The notes beneath the pieces were generated by a model, which worked only from the letters and a program-made list of their open reading frames with translations, ran no database searches and was not told the DNA's origin. Shown piece by piece: positions 50,190 to 62,104 of a stretch of DNA of 64,000 nucleotides. Positions within the stretch are counted from its first letter, which is position 1. Each line of letters opens with the position of its first letter. Position numbers and translations under genes: made by a program. This DNA is from Squalus acanthias (Eukaryota), in contig CM059432.1 in assembly GCA_030390025.1 (NCBI GenBank), forward strand, positions 36,954,001 through 37,018,000, written 5' to 3'.

Positions 50190-51297
50190 CCTATCTGAAG
50201 TCAATAGGAATCGGGGGGAAAACGCTCCAATGGTTGCAGTCATACCTAGCACAAAGGAAGATGGTTGTGGTGTTTGAAGGTCAATCATCACAGCCTCAGG
50301 AAATCGCTGCAGGAGTTCCTCAGGGCAGTGTCCTAGGCCCAACCATCTTCAACTGCTTCATCAATGACCTTCCCTCCAACATAAGATCAGAAATGGGGAT
50401 GTTTGCTGATGACTGCACAGTGTTCAGTGCCATTCACAACTCCTCAGATAATGAAGCAGTCCATGCCCGCATGCAACAAGACCTGGACGACTTTCAGACT
50501 TGGGCTGATAAGTGGCAGGTAACATTCGCGCCACAGAAGTGTCAGGCAATGACTATCTCCAACAAGCGAAAGTCTAACCACCGTCCCTTGACATTCAACG
50601 GCATTACCATCACCGAATCCCCCACCATCAACATCCTGGGGGTCACCATTGACCAGAAACTTAACTGGACCAGCCACATAAATACTGTGGCAACAAGAGC
50701 AGGTCAGAGGCTGGGTATTCTGCGGCAAGTGTCTCACCTCCTGACTACCCAAAGCCTTTCTACCATCTACAAGGCACAAGTAAGGAGTATGATGGAATAC
50801 TCTCCACTTGCCTGGATGAGTGCAGCTCCAACAACACTCAAGAAGCTCGACACCATCCAGGACAAATCAGCCCACTTGATTGGCACCCCATCCACCACCT
50901 TAAACATTCACTCCCTCCACCACCGTGGCTGCAGTGTGTACCATCTACAAGATGCACTGCAGCAACTCGCCAAGGCTTCTTCGGCAGCACCTCCCAAACC
51001 CGCGACCTCTTCCACCTAGAAGGACAAGCGCAGCAGGCGCATGGGAACACCACCACCTCCAAGTTCCCCTCCAAGTCACACACCATCCTAACTTAGAAGT
51101 ATATCGCTGATCCTTCATCGTCACTGGGTCAAAATCCTGGAACTCCCTTTCTAACAACACTGTGGGAGTACCTTCACCACACGGACTGCAGCGGTTCAAG
51201 AAGGCGGCTCACCGCCACCTTCTCAAGGGCAATTAGGGATGGGCAATAAATGCTGGCCTTGCCAGCGACGCCCACATCCCATAAACGAATTTTAAAA
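50190..51297 (+). mobile_element. Family-B LINE (CR1/L2 group), 5'-truncated, RT domain
   Basis: ORF 50150-51019 reads WLQSYLAQRK...[20 protein letters not shown]...MFADD...WADKWQVTF. Confidence 0.85.
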
Positions 51298-51439
51298 ATG
51301 GCCTAGCTCTAGTTTTAAGATTATGTCCCCTCATTCTTGATAACCCATCACAGGAAGTAGTTTCTCTGCAGCTACCCTATTGAATCCTTTTAACATTTTA
51401 AACAACTCAGTTTTCTACACTGAAGTTTCTCATCGTTGT

Positions 51440-51800
51440 TTTCAAATCACCTCCATGGCCTCACCCCTTCCTATCTCTGTAATCTCCTTCAGCTCCTCTA
51501 ATTCTGCCCTCTTGAGCATCCCTGATTATAATCGCTCAACCTTTGGTGGCCGTACCTTCTGTTGCCAAGGCCCTAAGCTCTGAAATTCCCTGCCTAAACC
51601 TCTCCGCCTCTCTACTTCTCTTTCCTCCTTTAAGACGCTCCTTAAAACCTAGGAGCTTTGACCAAGCTTTTGGTCAGCTGCCCTAATTTATCCTTTTGTG
51701 GATCGGTGTCAAATTTTTTGTCTTAAAATACTCCTGTGCAGCGCCTTGGGACGTTTTACTATATTAAAGGCACGATATAAATACAAGTTGTTGTTGTTCT
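51440..51800 (+). mobile_element. L2-type LINE 3' end
   Basis: Reverse-complement match to 1897-2300; (ttg)n tail. Confidence 0.75.
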
Positions 51801-52231
51801 TGTTGAAGGGAATACAAGCCAACTTTATGCAACTTGTCCTCATAGCTTAATCCTCTAAACCCCAGTATCATTCTGGTGAATCTGCGCTGCACCCCTCCAA
51901 GGCCAATAGATCTTTCCTGAGGTGCGGTGCCCAAAACTGAACACAGTACTCATGATGGGGTCTGACCAAGGCTCTCCACAACTGAAGCATAACTTCCTCC
52001 CCTTTGTAATTCGGCCCCCTTGAGAAACTCTGTTTCTCTCTCCACAGATGCTTATTTCCAGCATTTTCTGTTTATATTTCAGATTTCCAGCAGCCGCAGT
52101 ATTTTGCCTTTTGTATTAATCAGACATGACTTAACTTTAACAAAGTCACGCGAGCTCTCTCTGATCAACTCATATTTGATCAATACCTCAGTCACTCTAT
52201 CCTTAATGACAGATTCTCGTAACTTCCCCAC

Positions 52232-52347
52232 CTATGTTCCCTGTAATTTTTTGGGGGGACGCGCGGACCATTCAAATTACCGCGCATGCGCGGTTTTTGC
52301 ATTGAAATGCCGGTAAGCCGGCTGCGCGCACCTTACAGAGAACTCTG
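52232..52347. mobile_element. hAT-type MITE (116 bp) inserted in a CR1
   Basis: Perfect 8-bp TSD ttccccac at 52224-52231 and 52348-52355; ends ctatgttccctgtaa / ttacagagaactctg. Confidence 0.8.
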
Positions 52348-52699
52348 TTCCCCACAACTGACATGAAACTGACCGGCCTGTAGTTACCTGGTTTCTCTCT
52401 CTCAACCTTCTTAAATAATGGAGTGCCATTAGCAATTTTCCAGTCTAACGGCACAATTCCCAAACTAATTTTTTTACCACTATTGAATACAGTAAAGTTC
52501 CTTCCCTTGATTTATTTTTAGTTTCCCTTCTATCACTGATACTTTATTCTCTTCCTCTACTGTGAAAAAAACCCAAAGTACTTGTTTAATAAATCTGCCA
52601 TTGTCTCTTACCATATCACCTGCATCTGTCTGTCATGGGCCCACATCTCACTTAGCTACTCTCTTACTCTTAATATATTGAATTAAATTTTTACTATTT

Positions 52700-54468
52700 G
52701 GACTAAAAATTCGATAAAGTCCGAAAACGGGCGGTGCCACCGGGGGTTTGGGCAGGGGGGAGGTGAGGTTTGCTCGCACCCACAAAAAGACCGCCGGCAG
52801 CACTGTTATTTTGGTGCTGCCTGCTGATTTAAATGATCGGAGCGCAGAACCTAATGTGCAATTCGCTGTTTCAGGCGGTGCGCTCAGCAGGAGGCCGAAG
52901 GGCAGGTCTAAACTACCTGTGCTGCATGATCAGGAAATTGAGATTTATGAAACTGAAGTGAAATGTTTCTGGTTAAGTTTCTCATGTTTTATAGGTTGAC
53001 AGAGAGGGTATGCAAGATAAATCAAAGCCTAAAAATGTACTAAGCTGTCAGATTTTAAACAAAGCAACCTGTAGTTTAGTTTAGTTTAATTCAACTGCTA
53101 ACACTCTCAATATCTAGCCGGCTAATTTGTCAAGTACAATTATTACTCAAAAAAAGTCATTATTAACTGATTAAATGACTGCAATTTGGGTGGAATCATT
53201 CTAGCAGTTTGAGGTTCCAAATACTTGAAGTTATGAAAAATCATGCAACATGTGTCATAAAATTTATGACTACACCATCTCGTGCAAACATTGGCCCAGA
53301 AATTCGGGTCCCCACGGGTGAGTACGCACTGTGTACTCACCCTTAGGGCCACCGGAAGTGCCGGTTTCGCGCATGCACGGAAAACCGGAACTTCCGGTAT
53401 CTTGAAGGAAGGGGTTCGCGGGTCAACCGCGTGCGCGGGAGAGGCAGCGCGTACGCATCGAACTTCCGCTTTTTTTACAGGTTTCTCCGTGCGGGTAAGT
53501 CCCTAGCAGCTGTGCGTGGAAAAAGCAGGCGCAAGGCCTGCTTTTAACAAGGTAAGAGGTGAATTAAGTAAAATTTAAACATTTTTTCCCAGGTTTATCA
53601 TTTTTAAATACTTTAAAGAAAGGTAAGTTTATTTTTAGCCCCGTTAAAAACTTTAATAAATTTTTTCAAAAATTAAAATTTTTGTTTAAAATAGTTAATT
53701 TATGTAATTTATAGTTATTTTAAAAATGTGATTTTTTTTAACATTTATTTGAAGTTTTACTTAGGTTTTGGGGCCGATCTCTATTCAAAGATTTGACAGG
53801 TCTTCCTGTCAAATCTATGAATGGAGATTCCCTGCTCCGATTGGCTCCCCATGGACCACGTGATCCCAGGGGACGGTGCGAACTAGTTGCGCCGCTGGGA
53901 TACGCGAGCACTGCATACCGGCAGCTGGAGGAGGCCCAGGATTGGAATCTCACGCGGGCCCAGAGCACAACGGCAGGCGCGCTATGTAAGTGCACCCGCT
54001 ATGCTTGCACCCGCGGGAAGCCTCCGACCCGAATTTCTGGGCCGAATATTATTTTAAACAGTGATCAGTTGAGAATGCAAACCTGTCACAGAGCCTGGGT
54101 TCGGTGGGGCTGCACATATTCTGCATAGTTATTGAACACTGAGAGATCAATAGATCTCCTACACTTTCTCCCGGATCTATGCGCTGGCAATGGCTGCACG
54201 CAAGGGTATGCATTGGAGAGGGCGTTAAAAGGAACGGCGACGCCCAAAATCGCTCAGTGTGCGTCAATTCGGCATTGCATGTCGATTGACGTCACCCTCT
54301 TGATCAATAAAACATTTGAGACGAGCACAGACAACAACAGCGCTGCTGACCTGCCCAATACGGCGGCCGCCACGTTCTGCGCCAGAAGTGGGCAGAAGCG
54401 AGGCAGTCGCCATTTTTTCTTCAAAACCGGCCTTAACGGCTGGCACTAAAGGTTCCAGTTTCTAGGCC
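52700..54468. mobile_element. Non-autonomous Harbinger-type element interrupting a CR1
   Basis: Imperfect TIR GGACTAAAAATTCG / GGCCTAGAAACTGG (rc), flanks ttt / tta. Minus-strand CR1 sequence continues on both sides. Confidence 0.6.
53293..54043. mobile_element. 751-bp MITE with perfect 18-bp TIR (Harbinger/Tourist-like), nested
   Basis: GGCCCAGAAATTCGGGTC at 53293-53310 and its exact reverse complement at 54026-54043; CpG-rich arms and an AT-rich core. Confidence 0.8.
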
Positions 54469-54629
54469 TTAGTCTTTATATTACTTGCAAGATTTTTTCA
54501 CATTCCCTTTTTGCAGCTGTTAGTATTTGCTTTGTGTCCTTTTGTTATTTTCAATATTTCTCCCAGTCCTCTGGATTACCACTTTTCTTGGCATTTGTGT
54601 AAGTCACTTGCTTTTGCATTATACTGTGT

Positions 54630-55517
54630 CTTACCTCAACCCCTCCACTGCATCTGATTTGTCACGCTGCTTGTCCGAGCAGAAATTTCCTCCAATTAAA
54701 TATCGAGAAGGCCAAAGCCATTATGCGTCTTCCTTTCTTTCTTTCATTGTCTTCTGCCCTCGCCACAAACTCTGTTCCCTAGCCACCAATTCCATCCTCA
54801 TCCCTGGTCACTGTTCGCAACCTTGGCATCCTATTTGGCCCTGAGCTGAACATCACCTTGACTGCCTACTTCCACCTCTGCAAACATCACTCGTCTGCAC
54901 CCCTGCCTAAGCCCACCTGTTGCTGAAACCCTCCTCCCTGCTTTTGTTAGCTCCAGAATCGACTATCCCAATGCTCTTCCCACTGGCCTCCCACGTTCTA
55001 CCCTCCGTAAATATGAGCTCATCCAAAACTCTGCTGCCTGTATCCTAACTCACACCAACTCTTGTTCACCCATCACCCCTGTGGTCACTGACCAACATTG
55101 GCATCCGGTTAAGCAATGCCTTCATTTTAAAATTCTCATCCTTGTTATCAAATCTCTCCATGGCCTCGCCCCTCCCTATCTCTGCAATCTACTCCAGCCC
55201 TGCAACCCTCCGAGATCTCTGCGCTCCTCAAATTCTGACCTCTTGTGCATCCCTGATTTTCATCGCTCCACCATTGGCAGCCGTGCCTTCAGCTGCCTAG
55301 GCCATAAACTCTGGAGTTCCCTCCCTAAACCTGTCTGCCTGTTTCTCTTCCTTTAAGACGCTCTTAAAAACCTACAGCTTTGACCAAGCTTTTGGTCACC
55401 TGTCCTAATAGCTCCTTATGCGGCTTTGTATCACATTTTGTCTAACGCGCCTGTGAAGCGATTTGGGATGGTTTACTATGTTAAAGGTGCTAAATAAATG
55501 CAAGTTGTTGTTGTTGA
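54630..55517 (+). mobile_element. L2-type LINE 3' fragment
   Basis: ORF 55081-55356 reads HWHPVKQCLHFKILILVIKSLHGLAPPYL; (ttg)n tail. Confidence 0.75.
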
Positions 55518-55609
55518 TCATGGTTGCTTGACTGTACAAGTGGAATTTTTGCTCTTATGGGGTATGTATTGGTCTTATATTGCACTAAATACTTTGTTGC
55601 ATACCTTAC

Positions 55610-56155
55610 ACTGTTTTTTGGTAGGTTTCCCTGTTAACAGTTCAGTCTGTGCTGGTGTTTATGCTCCACATGAGAAATAATCCTAATTTCATGTGCCTAC
55701 CCTGTTTCCATATCCCCTTATCCCCCTTTTCCTTTAACTACCTATCTAACTTATTCTTAAATTTTGACCTGCTCTCTGCTTCAATCACTAACTCTGGTCG
55801 TACATCTACAGACTCACAACCTTCTGTGTAAAAAGGATTCTCCTGCTCTCTGTCCTAAATTTTTTGCATTTAATCTTGTATCTATGTCACATTGTTTTAC
55901 ACCCCTCAACTACTGGCAACAGTCTGTTTCTATATATTCTGTCTCATCCCTTCATAATTTTAAAAACCATCAAATTACCCTGTATTCTCCTCTGTTCTAA
56001 TGAAAACAGCCCCAATTTTTCAAGTATTTCTTCATATTTGTATATTCTCGTAACAGGCAACTTCCCAGTCAATGTGTGCTGTACCTCTCGATTGCCTCAA
56101 CATGCTTCCGATAGTGTGGAGCCCACAACTGAACAAAGTACTCCAACTGTGGTTA
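55610..56155 (-). mobile_element. Degenerate CR1 3' fragment
   Basis: Diverged reverse-complement match to the other CR1 3' ends. Confidence 0.55.
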
Positions 56156-56713
56156 ACTTAATTGGCTGTAAAGTGCTTTGGGAGGCCCTGAGATCATGAA
56201 AGGCACTATATAAATGTAAATTCCCCATCCCTTCTTCCAATCTCACCACCTGCCATGTTTTCATTATCCCCTCTGACCTTCCCCTCTCTCAGTCCTCCGT
56301 CCTTCATCCCCTTACACCCCTACCTTAATGAATTTCGAGCTTGGCATGACGCTGATCTCTTCTTCCATCGTCTTCGCCTCCGCGCCCACCTCTTTAGTCA
56401 GGAGTCTTCCCCTGCACAGTGGACCCTTTTTCCCATCTTCAGAATTCTCGTTCCACCTGGACCCATCCCCTTGGCCTCTTACCCTCTCTTGATCTGTTCA
56501 TTGGGAACTGCTGGCGTGACATTGGTTGTCTCAATTTCTCTGCTCCGTTCACTCACTCCAACCTACCTCCGTCTGAACTTGCAGCACTCTGTTCACTCAG
56601 ATCCAACCCTAACGTTGTCATTAAAACTGCTGACAAGGGTGGCGCTGTTGTTGTTTGGTGAATTGACCTCTACCTTGCGGAGGCTGAACGCCAACTCTCT
56701 GACACCTCCTCCT

Positions 56714-59508
56714 TAAAAAGCAGGACCTCAAAGGTAGTAATCTCCGGATTACTCCCGGTGCCACGTGCTCGTGAGTACAGAATAGGAGGATAGAACAGAT
56801 GAATGCGTGGCTGGAGAGATGGTGCAGGAGGGAGGGCTTTAGAATCCTGAGGCATTGGGACCATTTCTGGTTAAGGTGGGACCTGTACAAGCTGGACGGG
56901 TTACACCTCAACAGAGCCAGGACCAATATTCTCGCGGGGAGGTTTGCTAGTGCTGTTGGGGAGGGTTTAAAAAAGCTTGGCAGGGGGATGGGTACCAGCA
57001 TACAGGAGTAGAAAAGAGGAATAAGGTGCATCAAAGAGTGAGTGTGTTGGATAGTACGAGAGAAGAAAGTAGTACTAGAGGCGGAAGTAGTACCATATTA
57101 GATAGGAGCAGACTAAGAAAGACTACGAAAAATTCAAAAATGGGTTTAGAATGCATGTACGTAAACACACAAAGTGTGGTGAATAAGGTTGGTGAGCTAC
57201 AAACACAATTAGCCGTGTGGCAATATGATGTTGTGGCAATAACGGAAATGTGGCTTAAAAAAGGTGAGGACTGGGCATTTAATATTCAAGGGTACAAGGT
57301 GTTCAGAAAAGATAGGGAAGGAAAAAAGGGAGTTGGGGTGGCAGTACTGATTAAGGAAGACATTGTAGTGTTGGAAAGGGAGGATGTACTTGAGGGGACA
57401 AGGATAGAATCCATTTGGTTAGAGTTGAGGAGCAAAAAGGGTATGATCACGCTATTCGGGGTATTCTACAGGCCTCCAAATAGTGAGAGGGAGGTAGAGG
57501 AACAAATCTGCAGGGAAATCACAGAGATATGCAAGAGCTATAGAGTGGTGATATTGGGGGACTTTAATTACCCAAATATCGATTGGGATAATGCTAGGGT
57601 AAAGGGAAAGGAGGGAGAGGAATTTCTGAAATGCGTTCAGGAGAATTTCCTTGACCAGTATGTTCTTGGCCCAACTAGGAAGGAGGCATTGCTGGATCTG
57701 GTGCTGGGGAATGAGGTGGGCCAGGTCGACCAAGTGTCTGTGAGAGAACACTTGGGTATGAGTGATCATCGTATTTTAAGATTTAGATTAGCAATGGAGA
57801 GGAGCAAGGAACAATCTAGAGTGGAACTTCTAAACTGGAATAGGGCTAACTTCAATGGGATGCAAAAGGATCTAGCCAGGGTAAAATGGAACCAAAGACT
57901 GACAGGAAAAACTGTAACGGAACAATGGGTGATCTTTAAGGAGGAGATGTTCCAAGTACAGGCTAGGTACATTCCAACAAGAGGGAAGGGTAAGGGAACC
58001 AAAGCAAGGGCTCCTTGGATGACGAGGGAGATAGAGAAGATGATGAAACAAAAAAAGAGGGTGTACGATGCATGTCAGGTGAATTCTTCAAGGGAGAACC
58101 AGACCAAATACAATAAGTTGAGAGAGGAAGTGAAGATGAAAATAAGATTGGCAAAGAGAGAATATGAGAGTAGAATGGCAGTTAACCTAAAATGCAACCC
58201 AAAAATCTTCTACTGGCATGTAAACAGTAAGCGGGTAGTAAGAGGCAGGGTGAGGCCTATTAGGAAGAAAGAAGGTGATATTTGCTTAGAGGCGCAGGGC
58301 AAGGCTAGAATACTCAATGAGTACTTTGTATCGGTGTTTACTAAGGAGGTGAATGCTGACAAAATATCGGTAGAAGTGGAAAAGGTAGAAGCAATGGAAG
58401 GGGTGAAAATTGATAGACAGGATGTACTAAAAAGGCTGGGTATGCTTAGAGTCGCCTGGTCCAGATGGCTTGCATCCCAGGTTGCTAAGGGAATTGGGGG
58501 AGGAGATAGCGGAAGGGTTTGCCATAATTTTCCAATCTTCCCTAGATGCGGGGGAGGTGCCTGAGGATTGGAAAGTGGCAAATGTGACACCATTGTTCAA
58601 GAAAGGGTGTAAGGACAATCCTAGTAACTACAGGCCGGTCACTTTAACATTAGTGGTGGGTAAAGTTTTAGAAACAATAATCAAGGAAAAAATTAATGGG
58701 CACTTGGAGAGGTTTAAGCTAATTAAGGAGAGCCAACACGGATTTGTAAAAGGCAGATCGTGTTTGACTAATCTAAATGAATTTTTTGATGAAGTAACAG
58801 GGAGGATTGATGAAGGGAATGCAATGGATGTTGTCTACATGGTTTTTCGGAAGGCATTTGACAAAGTATCACATAGAAGGCTGGTTAACAAAATTGTGGC
58901 TCATGGAATAGGTGGGTCAGTGGCAGCTTGGATAAGGAATTGGCTTAAGGACAGAAAACAGTGAGTTGTGGTAAATGGCTCTTTTTCAGACTGGAGGATG
59001 GTAGACAGTGGTGTTCCCCAAGGGTCAGTGCTGGGGCCACTGCTTTTTTTGATATAAATAAGTGACTTGGATATTGGAATACAGAGTAGAATTTCTAAAT
59101 TTGCTGATGACACCAAACTTGGGGGTGTGGCAAACAGTGAGGATGATATCAATCGACTGCAACAGGACATAGAAAGGCTAACAGAATGGGCAGACAAGTG
59201 GCAGATGAAATTTAATGCAGAGAAGTGTGAGGTGATGCATTTTGGCAAGAGATACAGGGGGATGTGAGGAAAAACTTTTTTATGCAGCGAGTGGTGAGGA
59301 CTTGGAACTCGCTCCCGACGGAAGTGGTGGAAGCGGACACACTCAATGTTTTCAAGGTGAAACTGGATAGGCACTTGAGGGAAATAAACTTGCAGGGCTA
59401 CGGGGATAGAGCGGGGGAATGGGACTGACTGGATTGCTCTATAGAGAGCTGGTTCGGACTCAATGGGCCGAATGGCCTCCTTCTGTGCCGTTATGACTCT
59501 ATGACTGA
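56714..59508 (+). mobile_element. CR1 LINE (ORF1 esterase C-terminus, ORF2 EN + RT) inserted in the Penelope-like element
   Basis: ORF 56799-57011 (NAWLERWCRREG...DGLHLN), the 512-aa ORF 57026-58564 (endonuclease: ILGDFNYPNIDW, SDH) and ORF 58470-58964 (RT). TSD ctcct at 56709-56713 and 59509-59513. Confidence 0.9.
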
Positions 59509-60003
59509 CTCCTACCTCCCCCTGGATCATGACCTCAGCACCGAACATTAAGCCATCATTTCCAAGAATGTCACTGACCTCACCTCCTCTGGGATCTTCC
59601 CTCCACGGCCTCCAACCTCATAGTCCCCCAACCCCGCAAAGCCCGCTTCTGCCTCTTTCCCAAGATCCACAAACAGGACTGCCCCGGTAAACCCATCGTT
59701 TCACCCTGTTCTTGCCCTAAGTTCTTCCTATCTTGATTCTATTTTTTCTCCCCTTATTCCTACCTACATCCACAACTCTTCCAAAGTCCTCCACAACTTC
59801 AACAGTTTCCAGTTTCCTAGCCCTAACCGTCTCCTTTTCACCATGGACGTCCAATCCCTCTACACCTCCATCCCCCACCAAGACAGCCTGAGGGCGTTCT
59901 GCTTCTTCCTTAAACAGAGGCCCAATCAGTCCCCATCCACCACCACCCTCCTCCGCTCCTCCGCCTGGCTGAACTTGTGATCACATTGAACCACTTCTCC
60001 TTT

Positions 60004-60567
60004 GAGCTTCTGGTCGCCTGTCACTTTAATTCACTGCTCCAATCCCACTCTGACCTCTCGGTCCTCGGCCTCTTACACTGTTCCGATGAAGCTCAATGTA
60101 AGCTCGAGGAACAGCACCTCATCTTTTGATTAGGCACTTTACAGCCTTCTGGACTCAACATCGAGTTCAACTATTTCAGATCATAACCTCTGCCCCTATT
60201 TTTTCACATGGCAGCTGTTGATGATTCTGCCATTCCCATTCACACATCTTCCAGACTCATCTCTTGTTTGTTCACTTGTCCCATTACCATCTCCTTTTGC
60301 TTTGTACTGTCATACCTTTTGTGATTGAAGCTCTCCTGCCTTCCACCCTAGCACAGACCTTCCCTTTTGTTCTTTCCTCCTCTCCCCCCTTTCCCTGCCC
60401 CTGCACTTGCTTAAAATCTGTTACATCTCTAACTTTTTCCAGTTCTGACGAAAGGTCATCGACCTGAAACATTAACTCTGTTTCTCTCTCCACTGATGCT
60501 GCCTGACCTGCTGAGTATTTTCTGTTTTTATTTCAGATTTGCAGCATCCGCAGTATTTTCCTTTTGT
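60004..60567 (+). mobile_element. Penelope-like 3'/pLTR fragment inserted within the Penelope RT
   Basis: Duplicates 61533-61990-type sequence plus the terminal tail; flanked by acttctccttt / acttttccttt. Confidence 0.65.
60440..60480 (+). ncRNA. Minimal hammerhead ribozyme motif (stem III palindrome decayed)
   Basis: agtt-CUGACGA-a-AGGUC(auc)GACCU-GAAA-CAU-U-aact. Sibling copies (30755-30797, ~36930) have the palindromic ACGU. Confidence 0.55.
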
Positions 60568-62104
60568 AACTTTTCCTTTAACTCCACTCACTTTCTCCAA
60601 ATTAAAGGTGTTGCTATGGGAACCCGTATGGGTCCTAGCTATGCCTGCCTTTTCGTGGGATATGTGAAACATTCCTTGTTCCAGTCCTACTCAGGTCCCC
60701 TCCCTCACCTCTTTTTCCGGTACATTGGTGCCATTTCCTGCTCTCACCCTGAACTGGAAAATTTCATCAACTTTGCTTTCCATTTCCACCCTTCCCTCGC
60801 CTTCACATGGTCCATCTCCGACTCTTCCCTTCCCTTCCTCGACTTCTCTGTCTCCATTTCTAGGGATAGGTTATCAACCAATATCCATTATATTCCCACT
60901 GACTCCCACAGCTACCTTGACTATACTTCCTCCCGCCCCGCTTCCTGTAAGGACTCTATTCCATTCTCCCAGATTCTCCATCTCTGTCGCATCTGTTCTG
61001 ACGATGCCACCTTCCATACCAGTGGTTCCGCTATGTCTTCGTTTTTCCTCAACAGAGGATTCCCCTCCACCATTGTTGACAGGGCCCTTGACCATGTCCA
61101 TTCTATTTCCCGCACTTCTGCTCTCACCCCTTCACCTCCCTCCCAGTTCCCCTTGTCCTCACCTTCTACCCCACCAGCCTCCACATTCAACTGATCATCC
61201 TCCGCCATTTCCGCCACCTCCAGCGTGATCTCACCACCAAAAACATCTTCCCCTCCCCTTTCAGCATTCCGAAGGGACCGTTTCCTCTGCGACACCTGGT
61301 CCACTCCTCTATCACCCCAACACCCACTCCTCTTCCCAAGGCATCCTCCATTCCCAACGTCCTGGGTCCCAAACACTCCTTCCAGGTGAAACAGTGATTT
61401 ACTTGTACTTCTTGCAATTTAGTATACTGTATTCGCTGCTCACGATGCGGTCTCCTCTACACTGGGGAGACCAAACGCAGATTGGGTGAGCGCTTTACGG
61501 GACATCTCCATTCAGTCCGCAAGCATGACCCTGAGCTTCCGGTCGCCTGTCAGTTTAATTCTCCGTCCCACTCCAACAATGACCTCTCTGTCCTCGGCCT
61601 CCAATGCTGTTCTAATGAAGCTCAACGGAAGCTCGGAAACAACACCTCATCTTTCGATTTGGCACTTTACAGCGTTCCAGTCTCAACAGTGAGTACAACA
61701 GTTTCAGATCATAACCACTGCTCCCATTTTTTCAGAAAAGGCAATTCATCAAAAAATTAAATTTACAAAACTGAACATTGCAGCTGTTGGTAATGATTCT
61801 GCTGAGGTCATTTACAGCTCCTCTAGATCTATCTTTTGTTTCTTTTCTTGACCCATTGCTGCCCACTTTTGCCTTGCCCCATCATTCCTTTTGTCATTTA
61901 ATCACACCTGCCTTCCATCCTATCAGACCTTCCCTTTTGTTCTTTCCTCCCCTCGCCCCGCCCCCCTTTCTGTTCCATTACAGCTACAACAAACCCTTAA
62001 TCTTCCATACTTGAGGGAATACAAGGCTAGTCCATGCAACCTGTCTTCATAATTTACGGAGTGATTATTTCCATGGTGTGTTGAGTTAATCTGTTCATGT
62101 GCCT

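Larger units (their letters stand above)
56230..61990 (+). mobile_element. Penelope-like element (RT + GIY-YIG endonuclease), fragmented by nested insertions
   Basis: NPNVVIKTADKGGAVVVW (56600-56660), FTMDVQSLYTSIP (~59835), QIKGVAMGTRMGPSYACLFVG and LPFLD (ORF 60496-61194), and VYCIRCSRCGLLYTGETKRRLGERF..H (GIY-YIG, ~61420-61510). Confidence 0.85.

Noticed and set aside
57026..58564. 512-aa ORF as a host gene or an active LINE
   Set aside because: It is the CR1 ORF2 endonuclease and linker. The RT downstream is frameshifted, has a stop, and lacks ~0.5 kb.
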